Shown here: positions 1 to 63,444 of the stretch, piece by piece
Numbering within the stretch: position 1 is the first letter of the stretch
Layout: each line of letters opens with the position of its first letter
Source of the DNA: Phoronis australis
Taxonomy: Eukaryota; Animalia; Phoronida
Assembly (NCBI GenBank): GCA_002633005.1
Contig: NMRA01000664.1
Location: 140,300 to 203,743, forward strand
Reading direction: 5' to 3'
DNA: 63,444 bases
Notes under the pieces: model-generated
The model's input: the letters and a program-made list of their open reading frames with translations, nothing else
What the model was told of the DNA's origin: nothing
Database searches by the model: none
Made by a program: the position numbers and the translations under genes

Positions 1-301
1 TAGAGCGGGTTAAGTTCCAATTTCAGTCCGTTCACAGCTTCGCACAACATAACAAGGTCACATTTTCTTCGTCTATTCACAGTTATTCCACGACCCATCT
101 ACCATATCTTAAGTTGTTTTAACGTTTTAAGCGTAAAATTCACCATAAGAACTCCAGTAAGTTTTAGCGTGTGTAGCAAAGACTCGGGGCAAAACAAGAG
201 CAATATGGCGGATTTTGCCCCCTTTCCGGTGACGTCACAGTGACTAGCGAGAAACTCGCAAGTGAGCTATTTACTTACTATAAAAATAATTATTTATGTT
301 T

Positions 302-635
302 CAGGGCTTGGAATGACCAATGACAAAAAACGCGTGGCTGCAGAGCGGTAGTATTTGTCGCCGCGCTTAACAATAACACGAGCCGCCATTGAAAATCACA
401 CCACGCTTTACCCAGATGCCCCGGCAATGTTGACAATTTACGTTCCTCCGAACCATAAAGAGCAACTTCTGCTTTCCGAGGTGAACGTCGTCTGCAACGC
501 CGTGGTAAGAAAGGATTTTGACGCGGAAATTTCACATCAAATCAGATTTTTTTACGCGGAAATATTATAAAAAAAGCGGAAAGCACATTTCAAAAACGCG
601 GAAATCCGCGTTTCCGCGGAAAATTCCAAGCCCTG
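302..635. mobile_element. small non-autonomous hAT-like DNA transposon (MITE)
   Basis: 13-bp terminal inverted repeat CAGGGCTTGGAAT...ATTCCAAGCCCTG; repeated subterminal CGCGGAAA motifs; no clear 8-bp TSD. Confidence 0.6.
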
Positions 636-804
636 ATAAATAAAAGCTGTCAGAATCCATGTCTGCATTTTGGTAGTTGTGGGGATGTCTCAGTCCAAGT
701 TAAATGTTATTGACAGTGAACCCACCACAAAATTAATGTAGTAAATTATTGAAGGTTTGACCAAAATAGCATTTCTCTGTCGGGTGATAGTTCGGTTTTT
801 ATAC

Positions 805-51422
<50,618 letters not shown>

Positions 51423-53229
51423 GACTTCCAACAAAAATCGTTAAAGGAGAATGCCACCCGATTTAGTTAGTCTTTTTTACCGTCTTAATCGGTCTATATC
51501 CACATCACCTCTTATACGGTCGACCTCACCTTTCTGAGAGATGTCGCGTTAACCTGTGAGGAAGATGAGAAATGACGCAGCGACGTCAATGGTTCGTCTT
51601 CAGAGTGAATGCCGCTATATTGTAGTGCATCGTTCCCGCTTGCCAAACTATGAAGCTGCGAAGAAAGCGGGTATATAGTTTTTTTCGAATTCCTCGAGAG
51701 CCCGAAATACTTAGGAAGTGGCTCGCGGTTGTGAAGAATGAAAGGTACACTGTAAATAGCAAGTATGAGGCCGTGAAACATCTCCGTGTCTGTGGCCGGC
51801 ATTTTATCGACAAGTGATTTTTCTGACGAATTCCGGCTTACCAAAGAACTATCCATACGTTCCGTTGCCTGTGCATGTTCATGGCACCTCTCTAGTATTT
51901 CTTGATCAGTGTATTCCAGTTCGAACTGATGGCTGTGAAACCTAACAATCCGACCCGTAAAGTCTTCGTCGGATGAGGTCTTGACTAAGTCGGGATTGGC
52001 ACTGGGCGAGTTGCCATGTAGATGTTTATTATTCTGCGTACTGTTTCAAAATGAATTATTCTCATCCTAACCAATGCTTCTATGAAACTGAAACAAAGTC
52101 TGTCTCATTAGATACTGGCAATTTGTAATGCTTTGCAGTATTCGGAAGTGCAAATGTTGAGAAGCCAGCAATGGCCACTGCATTACCACCGGGCTTTTGA
52201 TGCCGGCAATAAAGGTAATTGACCGGGCACCGACGTGAGCGCATGCTAATTCTGTGTTTGCTGACAGAAAGCTGCAGTTGTGAAACAATTACTCGATTTT
52301 ATATGCTATGGTCACATGTTAGGGGAATCTTTATTTAAAATACAAATACCTTATTCAAACCATTGTTTACTGTACAAACTTTGTCCTGACGGTCTGTCGA
52401 ACTCGGGGAACCCGACTTCACGGCCCCCGACAAGTAAGTAGATTTTCAGTTTCGTGGCTAATTCACATAAATAATTATGTGCACATTATTTCTTTGGTTC
52501 ATTTTTATAGTCTTTTTGTGACTGGGGGTTTAGTTTCCAACTCAAGCTGGTTTATGTTCTTGCCAGTCCCGACAACTGCGACGGGCGTGATCGGGTTCCG
52601 AGCCACTGGCTGGGATAATGAGTCAGTATGCCCGTGACGCGCCTGATCGGGTTGCGAGTCACTGGCCGGGAGAACTCTGTGTTTAGAACTCAAAAAATCA
52701 CAAGCCTAAACAACACAGATCTAGGTTCTCCTGTCTATATTTCACAGAAGAATACTTCGAATTTATCTCCGAACAGACCCCACTCTTGCTGCGTACTTTG
52801 GTAAATTGGCCTGCCGAACTTTGTAAGCTACGGTGTGTCCACATACCAGTAAATCCGAATCAGCAAAATAAAACAACACGTGTTGATAAGACCTCGGTGT
52901 ATTTTTAAGGGTTTTACATCAAAGTTCGATTATTTACTGGTGTTAAACGATGAATTCAAGCAATAAGCTGACACCACCAGTAACCCGTGTCGTGAACTGC
53001 TGAACAGACTGCCAATGACATCATTGGATAATTTCAACACTTCCGTCTGCCGTCAGGTAACGCAACCGAGCGTGCCGTTATCGAGTAGAACTACTCGATC
53101 TAAATTGATACAAAATAGGTTGTTCTTTGGGTGGCATTCTCCTTTAACTCTTGAAATTAGCGTTGATTTTCATCGGGATTTTTGCTTTACGACAAAAACG
53201 TAACTATGTGCACGATGGTCACCTGTTGC

Positions 53230-53266
<37 letters not shown>

Positions 53267-53334
53267 GTGATATTTAAAATGAGGGTGGCCTCTTCAGTGA
53301 TAGCACTGCTTTCCAAGAGGGCCCTCATTTTGAA
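53230..53334 (-). mobile_element. 3' end of a LINE/SINE (stem-loop plus (AAT)n tail), L2/CR1-type
   Basis: Hairpin AAAATGAGGG..CCTCTT / AAGAGG..CCCTCATTTT next to about 12 ATT units. Confidence 0.5.
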
Positions 53335-53430
53335 ACCTAAAAAAATGACGAAATTTTACAGTTCACACACGATCTCACAACACCTATGAGAACAGATTAC
53401 TTAGAATACTGTGACACTGTGTAAATTTAG

Positions 53431-53517
53431 ATTCATAAATTCGTGAAATTCAGATTCATAAATTCGTGAAATTCAGATTCATAAATTCGTGAAATTCAGA
53501 TTCATAAATTCGTGAAA
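53431..53517. repeat. 23-bp tandem repeat, about 3.8 copies
   Basis: ATTCATAAATTCGTGAAATTCAG. Confidence 0.9.
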
Positions 53518-55116
53518 CTTGTTACGTTCTCAGGAATTTCAACTTCAGTTTATCGATATTCCACGCTAATTTGCGTGTATTTACTTTGAAATTATAACTG
53601 TAAATGAAATTCTTAACAGACATAATATTAAATTCAAAACAAAGGAAACCGCTTTACCACGTAGTAATACTAAAAGTTATTTCAAACTCGGCTGATCTGA
53701 CCAAAGCGACCTCAGCTAAAACTTCACCGATATTTATGGAGACAGCAAGTACGGAGGTCAAAATTTTATGAAGATTTTGAATTTTTTATTAGTTAAATCC
53801 ATCAGGTGAGCAAAAAAAGTGAAGACAGACGTGTTGTTTCGTTAGGCAACTGTTATCTTAACGCTACCAACTAATGTGTATTAGCGTGAAATCACGTGTT
53901 ACTGGCCAAAAAAAGGCATGTGGCTAATACTCAGGAATTTCGACCGACGCGAAAATAAGGGGAGGATTTTCGGGGTGGTCTATCACGACCAAAACACGTT
54001 ATGTTTGAGAAGTTTCGGTCAATAAGGATCGTGGAGCTAGAGCTTCACAAGCACTATTCGAAAAATGGCCATCACAGTGCCATCTTACATCCAAACATTT
54101 CGCCCACAAACCAGAAACAATAAGGCTTCAAGCTATTCACAATACTCGTTTCGCATAAATTCTGCCCTGATTGGATAAGAAATGCGACTTGTAGTATGGG
54201 AAGAAAGAAAGAAACAAACAAATTTAATGACAAAGTAAGACTTGGCAAAATTTCACTGACTTCGCCAACTAATAAAATTTCATTTATCAGCTAATTGTCC
54301 CAAATTGGTGAGATTTAACAGTGATTACCACTGTGCAGGTTGTCCTTAAGACAAACATTATGTTCAAGAAATTAAATTACAGAATGCATCTTCACAGCTT
54401 CTCGGCAGCTTAAGATGGCTGAAATAATTACAGGTGAAATAATTACAGGTACGTCATCAAAAACCTGTAGCTTGTTTGCACATTACCTACCATAATAGGA
54501 TTCTTGCTTTTCTCCTTCATCTTATTCTCATTTCTAGAAAACAAGAAGCAACCGTGGCCAGGCACATACATAGGTGAATTCAGGGTTGGCAGCAGGGCCA
54601 CCCGGGCCTGTACTCTGAAGCCATATGCGAAAAGAAAATACACCATTCACTATAGTTGTCAACATTCCAAAAAACAGGACAACGGTGATGGTTGGGATCT
54701 AGGGGGGACACTCACCACAAAGTACTATTTTTAAAAATTGGTGAGCACCATAATTGCTGGATTACATGAGCTTATCAAATGAATGCAGGCAATGACGAGC
54801 GCTGTAGTATGTAAACATTAGTTTGCCAACTATCTCCCTTTGCTATTGCAGATAAACTGCCAACGACACCGCTCTTACCCGAGTTCTCGATAACCCAAAA
54901 ACCGGGAGCCTCACCCCACAGGGCAGGGGTGTCACATATCAAAAAAGGGTCACTCTGATGACATGGAGTGTGGTGGGACATGGGACACAGAGGGACAATG
55001 TCAACAATGCATTAGCTGTTTCGCTTTGGGAGACTAAAATAGGCTGCATCCCCACTCCCGAAATATCTTTGATCTGCAGACTGTCACGATATATCCAGCC
55101 CTGGCGCGAGCAGTAT

Positions 55117-55300
55117 AACAAGAGCAACACAGTGCGTTGAAATGCGCCCACAACTGCACCGCAATCGGTACACTGCTTCTAGGGGTGTATATTTGTATCA
55201 TAAGAAATGGCCATTAGATGGCACAGAATACATCAAAAATGAAAAGGTGTCATCTCTCAAAACTATTTGCCAAATTTCATGAAAATTCATCTTAAAGTCC
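55117..55300 (+). mobile_element. 5' fragment of the same element family
   Basis: AACAAGAGCAACACAGTGCGTTGAAATGCGCCCAC...GGCCATTAGATGGC. Confidence 0.65.
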
Positions 55301-57769
55301 TAGAAGCACACGTTTTTAACCCTTAAATGGTTAGAAGACATTGTAAAGAACCACGCAGTACTTATCCCGCTAACCAATACAAAATCCATAGTCAAAGAAA
55401 GTTTAAAAACTCGTTACGATTCCGACCCAAAGATCACACCCCCATTTTGAACTAACCGTGAACCCAGAAGTACAATTCATTCAGGAACCCAGGCTTAGTA
55501 TACGCCGGCTGCGTGACTGGAGCAGTGTCTGTTACCGGCCTGCAACCTCCAGGGATAAAGTAATCGCCAGCGGACCTCAACTTTTATAAAACCTGAGAAG
55601 AGGGACAATTTGTACTGAAAATGTTGACAAAATGTGGCAAAATAAATTTTAAAAGAAATTATTTGCCGGGGTCGAAGCTGCAGCCGTTGACCCAATGCAG
55701 ACCGATCGAGACCACTAGCACTGACTAAAGACGAAGGCACGCCGTCCCCAGATGTTTTATCGGAATAACTGGTTCAAATCATGAATGCCGTATACATACA
55801 AAGATAGTTTCCGACACTTAAAGTTACGGACTAGTAACAGTCCTGCGGCAACAATTGAATAGCAACCGGGGCCGGGTTTAATTAACTCTGGTAATCAAAC
55901 AGGATAAACGGAACGAGTATGCAACATCAAATTACTGAATAAAATTGCTATACAGTTAGAATATCCTGACAGTTAAACTTGCGAAAATATGGAAAATAAA
56001 TTAAATTTAACCTCGTCGTCTACAAGACCTAAGTTCGTTCTCTCTATTTTTTCCCACCCCCCATCCCGGGTGTCTGTTCCACTTTTTTCTTTTGCTCATA
56101 TACACTACCTGTTACGTATTTTCAATTTTTGTGTTCATGTTCTGTACTTTTTCTTTAGGCCCTTCAGGCAGTTCTTTTGTTTTGGTTCCCTCTTTCAGGG
56201 CTATTCATTGTACACCCCGGTGGGCGTTTTCTCCATGCCCATCTTGCAGAGTCTTATTTAGTTTTATATATTTACGTCATAATAAAGGACAATACTCGCA
56301 ATCCTCCTCTTGTTTTACTCTGCAACATAGCTCGTGGCATACCCCGGGCAAAATAGATTACGATAAATTTAGACGCGACTTCGCTACAGCCGGGCAGCTG
56401 ACTGCTAAGAGCGGGAACACCATTTGTGGCGAAATAACTTCAGGTAGAAAACTTGCCATGATGCCAAATGATAGTATTAATGAGTTTAAAGTAAAAGGAA
56501 TAATTCCCACTTAGCCAGAAACTGTGGTATACGCTGCTAGCCGGCGGAGCCGGACCGCCTGGCCTCGGCCGCAGCACGGACAGTGTGCTCCGCGGGTCAA
56601 GATGAAAACATTAATTAGCTACTCGGCCCTGAATGAATGAAATTCCTGTGACAAAGAGATTAAAAAAATACTGCGTCATGCTCCTAACACTGTAATATTT
56701 TCCCATCGCCGACATTCAGCTCATTGACTAAAATTCACTACACTCCCACCGCCCCGGTTTGCAACGGAGGTATATATTGTAAGTTTGTTTTTGCGAGGTT
56801 TGAAAATATATTTTCTCTGATAATTGAAAATCAAAGCCAATTTAGCAAGTGATTGTTTTCCCGGCGAAAAGTCACGGCAACTGCAGGCCACGGCCAGGAA
56901 TTACCGCCGGTTATTGTGTTCTGGCAGAAAAATCAAGCACAGAAGTGGAGCTCACTGTTTTGAGATAAAACTTGTTTTTGTTTGTCAAAACATCGCCATA
57001 TCTGGGTGTTTTTTTTTTCTATTTTACATTTCAACAGCCAGTAAAGCCGGTGCCGATTTGCTGCCAATTACGCACTGCGCTCACACGTCTGGGTGGTCAT
57101 CGTGAAACGGTAACTGCTCACTTCAGGCTGGTACTTTGCATCAATTTCACGATTATGGCGATAAAGATAAGACATTTGTTGATCAAGAAATTTTTTTTCC
57201 TCTAATTTACTACCTAAACGGGTACTGTTGCTAATTTGACGTTCCCTCGCCATGAGTCAGGGCTGATCCACAGCCGAGCGTTGGCTATGCTGGAGATTTT
57301 GCGATGGTACTTCACAAACAGGTGATTATGCGTTAAATACCATTCGTCATATGCAGAGAACAGGTAAAATTAGGACAATAAACAATCAAGTTTGTATAAA
57401 AAGAACCAAATTGGGAATCAAAAACAACCAACCAAAGTAACAACACATTTACACTAACGGTGATGTCAATACGTTTTCAAGGACAACATGGCTGGCACTC
57501 AGGAATCGTTCCAGAACTGACACACAGAACTCAGGTCACGGAAATAGGGAATAGTCGACGATTTTCCGATCTCCGCCGACTGGAAGCACAAAATTGTGCT
57601 AATTAGGCTTTTAGTTTGATAAGAGAAAGGATGTGAACATTTTGCCCTGTTACATATTACTTAATTTGGTATGTATTTTTCAGCTTTTGAACTAGAATGC
57701 CCTTTGAGATAAGGACTTTAAGAACTCTAAAGATACAAAGGCAAACATAAACCTGAAACTGCCAATAGG

Positions 57770-59245
57770 AACCTCAGAGGTAGCTGAATCTGTCTGCCCT
57801 CGAGTTAATTGGAATGCAATTGCAAAATTTTGAAAACATCTTGTAAGAGGTTTTAAGGAGGCACAGCTGTAGATGCAAAAAAAACATCACTAGGGGGCAC
57901 CACAGTGATTGGACCTGTTTGAAAACCCATGTCAGATATGTTCTTGTCAGAAGGAACATATCTGCCAAATTTCACAATAGTCCTCTGTGCAGTTTGGCAG
58001 ATACAGAAACAGACGAATAAAAACAGACTAAAAAGTAATTAAAATGGCCACTAGTTGGTGTAAAATACGTCAAATTCATCACAAAAAGGAAAGATGCTGT
58101 TGTCTCCATAATAGAAATTTGTTTACCAAATATCCTGAAAAAGCATCTAGGAACTCTGAACTTCTAGTTAGAGAGGCAAAATTGTCAAGGAGCACTGCTG
58201 TAGTTGAATTGGTCTGAATCTCGCTGTCATCATAGGAACACACAAAGATACAGTTGTGGACGCAAAAAAATAAAATTGCCACTAGGGGGTGCCAGAGTAG
58301 TCGAATACGTCCGAAAATCAGAACGTCAGCCTCATTCTTCTCATCAGGAACACATGCGTCCGAAAATGAGAAGCATCGTCTCCATAATAGAATCTTATTT
58401 GCAAAATTGCATCATAATAACAGTGGCTGCTTCATGTCAAATCTATCTGAAAACGGGCACCTGTCATCATTTCTTTAATAGACACCTATTTGTTAAATTT
58501 CGTAAAACTCTGTCAAGGAGTTTCAAAGATACAGAGGACAACAAAAAAATAAAATTGCTACTATAGGGGGCACAGCAGCAGTCTGATCCATCCAAATGTT
58601 TTCACTGCCCGTTATCAACTTCATATAAATACACTTGCCAAATTAAATAAAGATCCTGCAGAGGGCTGGAGAGATGCAGCCATAGATGCAAAAAATGCCA
58701 CTAGGAGGTGCCACAGTAGAACGAGTAGTCCTAAAATCATTATCAGCCGTCCTGTTAACAGTAGAAACGTGAACGCCAATATCCAAAATCATAATTTGAG
58801 TGGTTTGGTTGATAGAAGGGAGGATGCCAAAAACAGACAACAGTAAAAGTGGCCACTAGATGGTGGCGCAAAATATGTCAAATCCATACGAAAACGAGAA
58901 CATGTCACCAGTTTTTTAATAGAAAGCTACTTACCAAATCTCATAAAAATCCGTCAAGGAACTTCAAAAAAACAGAGGAAAACAGAAAAAATGAAATTGT
59001 GAGTAGGGGGCACTGAGCATTCGTCGGATCCATCCGAAAGTTGTAGTCGTTCATTGTCAGCTTCATAATGTCAAGTTTAACAAAGATCCTGCAGAGGGTT
59101 TAGGAGATACAGCCATGGGCACAAAGAAAGCAAAACTGCAACCAGGAGGTGCCACAGTACTCAAAGTTGTTGGAAAATCATCGTCGGCCATCCGCTTTGA
59201 ACTGGGACAGATGGACAGGGATGACGGCACAATGCGCCCATATAT
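57770..59245 (+). mobile_element. same Helentron/HINE-like family, copy 3 (5' truncated)
   Basis: About 8 GCCACTAG subunits; 3' end GGACAGATGGACAGGGATGACGGCACAATGCGCCCATA similar to copy 2. Confidence 0.7.
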
Positions 59246-62200
59246 TTTCATGGCCAATTGCGAATTTGGGCAACTGAACTTAGGACTGTTCGAAAAAATT
59301 TCGATGACGGGAGTATTTGTTGAGTTGGAAGGATTATTAAAGACACCTGAGGTGTCCCTCTATGCACAAAAGGTACTTAATTAGCAACATGACTCATGTT
59401 GTGACACGTGACTTCCGGGTGACATACAGCCACATCAAGTCTATCTAAATAGCTTTCCAAGTGACAATTGCCTCTTGGCTGAACGATTTGGATCCTCGGC
59501 TCCCACACGTGCAACCCGGGTGCCAGTCTCGGTGTCGGCAAAATTTTTAACATTGGCGCCCACATAAGACAACTCCTACACTAAGCGTGCCTAAGTCAGA
59601 TTGTGACTAACCCGTCCTAATCCATTCACAAATTAATGCTCATGGGTTATAGCCATGACGCTGAATAAAGTGTATTCGCCAATTTCTCTTATAATGCATC
59701 GATTTTAAAAAATTCAAAGACGGCTATTAGTCATATTGGTCATTCGCCTTACTAATTGTTCGTTTTTTGACTTTGACTTGTACGCTAAACAGGCGTGTTG
59801 GTTTACGACCGCAAGTATCTCATTCAACACGCTCAGCCAAGCCCATGCATGAATTAAGCGACTAGCTCACTTCAATCCATGTGCCATCAACCCTTTGATG
59901 CGCCGAGGAATTTGATGGATACTTTGGGGTAAACAGTGAACGCTTTCTCGTCCACTGACTTGCATGCAAATCCTCTTAGTGAATTTGCCTAATGAACAAC
60001 GGCAGAGACCACACCCGGACGGGATGTCAGCACTTGTCTTGGGGCAGTTCAAACTCATGCTCCAACAGCGGCAGTGGAAATCCAGACCAGAGATGTGGCC
60101 GACATGGGGGAAAGGCAGCATGCTTGATCCGTAGAGAGGTTGTGTTGTGACACGTGACTTCCGGGTGTGACGTAAGGCTTTCCAAGTGACAATTGCCTCT
60201 TGGCTGAACGGTTTGGATGCTTGGCACTCACACGTGCAACCCAGGTTGAATCACCATGCTATGAACATTCCCACTAAATAAAATTGGTTCTAACCCCAGT
60301 GGTTAAGGTAAACGGCGGGGTATGGAAAATTGAACTAGACCGTATTTATCCACCTTGGCTGAGTCGCACTCGGCTCACGATGAAAGGGATGCCGCCAGGC
60401 TGCTCTAGTCATCGAGTCACGAGCGAGGATAATTGGCTTCGCTCATGCGGATATGATCAGCTGATTACAATCTAGCTAGCAGACTGTACTTTTTATGGTG
60501 AGAGTTTTACGTAGTTTTTACTGTAATATTTGAAAAGAGGAGCGAAAACAAATATGAGTACAACTTTGAATTTTTCAAATCGGCCCAGGATAAGAGATTT
60601 TGCAACACAGCAACACTCACGATTACTTTCATTCGGCGCGCACTAATACAAAAATATAGGACCCAAGTTATTTAGATTTTGGAACACATGCATTGCAATA
60701 TTCAAAATACTTTTATTATGAATCTTACAAGCTGTAAAACGACGTTGTTAATTTCATTGTGTTCATTCATTGTCATCCGTCAAATCGGCAATTTCCGAGA
60801 TGTGATCTGCGGCGTGCGCGTATGTGTACAAAACACGTGATTGTTATGTTCCTGAAGTACGAAAATTAAGAAGGCTTTAACATGCCGTTATTATTGACAG
60901 GGACACGATAAAACGAATTTGGATTTTGACTATAGTCTTGATACAGCGATCTGACTGACCACTGCGTCAGTGTCTCCGTTAGACCCAGAAATTTCACACA
61001 GCCCGGGTAGTTCATTTCGTCCCCAACATGTAGATCGAGCCTTGGACTATTAATACTCCACGGCAGAGCTAACGACAGTCGGCCTGTGCACACAAAATCT
61101 GTGAGTTAACCAGCACTCACCTTGCACGTTACAGCCGTTTAAGTGAAAAACAATCTAGTAAACGCCATTTTCTTGCATAATCCTCCGCCTTTTGTAACAA
61201 AAAAGTCTATCGTCGATGACCCGCACACGCACGCTCACTCACTCTCATACACAGACGACCTTCAAAACAAACGTCACGTGACAACAACATGTGTGTTCAT
61301 CCAGAGATTTTTCTCTTGTTGTGGAGTACGATGTAGCGCACATTTGGACTTAATCGCAATTAATCTGGACTCCACATGAACTTTAAAAATTGTAAAACAT
61401 CAGGAAGATTTCAGGTAATTTGTTGAGTCGAAACTATATTTTTATTCAAGAGTACAAGTTTTCCTATTGACGATGGCGATTCAGCGGCGACGCATCAGTC
61501 GGCAAGTTTTCGCCCTGTGATGAGCACAATTTTTTGAAAAATTATCGTAATTTAACAACGGAAGTTCATAGCAATGCACCACAATTTTGTAGAAAGACTG
61601 TCATAGGCTAAAAATTCGTCACAAAGCGTAAATTTTATGAATCCTAGCTTCCGATTTTACCCGTTTGGGAAACCGGCTTTCAACTGCCGTAGGCTACAAT
61701 AAGAATCCCCTCCCCGTGAAATGATTTTTTCTAAGCGTTTATTAGAGCCAATACAGTATACAGCTTTCCACCAAGGCTAGGTGATACTACGACATTATTC
61801 TTTGTTGCATTAGTAACTGGTCTTGGCTAATATTATCATTTTATGGCCTGGTCATCCATTCAGCCAAAAGTAGTTCCAGAGGTGGCTTATCAGTCAATTA
61901 TTCACGCATACTGACTCACAATAGAAGCCTGATAAGAGTGAAGGTGGATAAATGCGGTGTTCCTACAGTTTCTTATTTTAGTGGATGTGTTCACATGACA
62001 ATGTCGGCAAAATTTTCAACACTCAGATGAACAGTGTGAGGGTGTATGGAAGACTTATGGATGGCCTATGGGATGCCACTGTCTGTACTGCCATTTGAGA
62101 CAGTGGTACTGCATGCGCGCACCCAGTCTAAAAATGAGGGGCTTGAATTTTTGAGAATGTGGACTTCTACTAAGATTTATGGGTCGGGTTATGTTCTGTG

Positions 62201-63444
62201 AATTATGCTAAATCAGAGGGGGCACAGGGTGCACGCGTGTATTGTGTAGACTTTGAGCCTTGCCTTGCCCTTACTCTTAGCCTTACGCCTACTACAGGTC
62301 ATGGGCGGCGCACCAGGGGGCTGGGGGGGGGCTATAGCCCCCACTTTTTTCAGTGCTGCGTCGCCCATGCAGGGTTACTTGTAGGCTAGATATGTAACAG
62401 GAGTGCCCTGGACATGATTATGTAAGTAAGATATATGCGCCCTCTAGTGGTCAAGCTGTGTATTACGTATGGAATTTTCCTATGATGTTGAGTCCTTTAG
62501 ACATGGCCAAATATGGTCAGAAGCTAGGAGCTATGGGCCTTGCCCTTCAGATCGTGTCTGATTGGTTGAAATTGTGTACTTAAGCTTTGTCTCTGTCAGA
62601 CACGAGGAGTCCAGTCGCAGAGTTCAAGAAGCAAACATGTACGCCTTCANCTCACACCAAATTGCAACTGTTTGTGCAGCTTTCGGGCTCCTCCCGAACT
62701 TGGTTGCCAATAGTTTAGCCCCAGCATGTCTCGGGCTCCTCCCGAGCTTGATTGCATCTCACCTTTCGGATCTGAATAACCAAATTGCCCCGTTCTTGCA
62801 CACACAACTATTAATCAGTGACTGGCTTGCCCGTGTATCAGAACTGTATAAATCACAACGCTGCGATACTAAGTCATGGAACAACTGGATTGCTTGTAAG
62901 TGTGAAATATTGTAGTCATATATTCTTACAATAAGCCTATGTATTATTCGCCAACTTTTAGTTTTCAACATCACCCTCAGTCCGCACCGGGCTCGTAAAA
63001 TCGGGGCGCCTTGGTCGTAGATACCGCCCCCGTTACACTGGTGCGTGTGGCCCGCGGATATGTGCGAGTGATGTTGAAAAGCAGTTTCTTACCGTCCATA
63101 CCTATTCCGTGCGTTAATGACATTCTTTTCGTTGCTCATGCCGTTGACGTCTTGTCACGCTCGCTGGGTGATGTTAGGAATTAATTAACTCACACAGCAA
63201 ACGTCTGTTGAAGGTTGCGTGTTCAAAGTTCACAAAACGTAATAGTAGCGACATTGAACACATGTTTGTCAGTACTCCTGAGTTGATTTGCCGTTGAGGT
63301 TTCACTAAATACCCTTGTCGATTATCAATTCACAACTTGTCGTGTGTTGCTGTTAACTTCCATGGATAACCTTGCTTTCGCGAAACTTGCAATATTCAGG
63401 TGGCGATAGCTTGAATGTGGGAAGTAATGTCCACTTGTTGCCCA

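Noticed and set aside
54487-55592. Minus-strand exons (NENKMKEKSKNPIM; GFIKVEVRWRLLYPW)
   Set aside because: No consistent phase chain or recognisable homology; they conflict with the plus-strand candidates.

Overview
AT-rich eukaryotic (animal) genomic DNA from a draft assembly: one N-gap, single-N contig joins flanked by allele-like duplicates, and a poly-C run. The repeat content suggests a marine invertebrate; this is inference and the species cannot be fixed. About 50 kb of the minus strand holds a multi-exon gene that the ORF track mostly misses. Manual GT-AG splicing gives about 30 exons (about 1450 aa, nearly all phase-consistent, C-terminus off the left edge) encoding a SYCP2/SYCP2L-family meiotic chromosome-axis protein. 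It has an armadillo-like domain, an Spt16M-like domain (DYEFQVGMTECLFRIT...AFKQIRDSEFETDCREFLN...FWVDFN...LWETV), a candidate HORMAD-binding closure motif at about aa 391-411 that appears duplicated, and a long disordered region. Introns and flanks carry many non-autonomous transposons. The most striking is a Helentron/HINE-like element whose internal ~145-bp subunits each carry a same-orientation CTCF-consensus-like motif (GCCACTAGGGGGCAC), giving arrays of 8-11 sites. Upstream (51.5-63 kb) there are weaker exon-like signals of unidentified gene(s).
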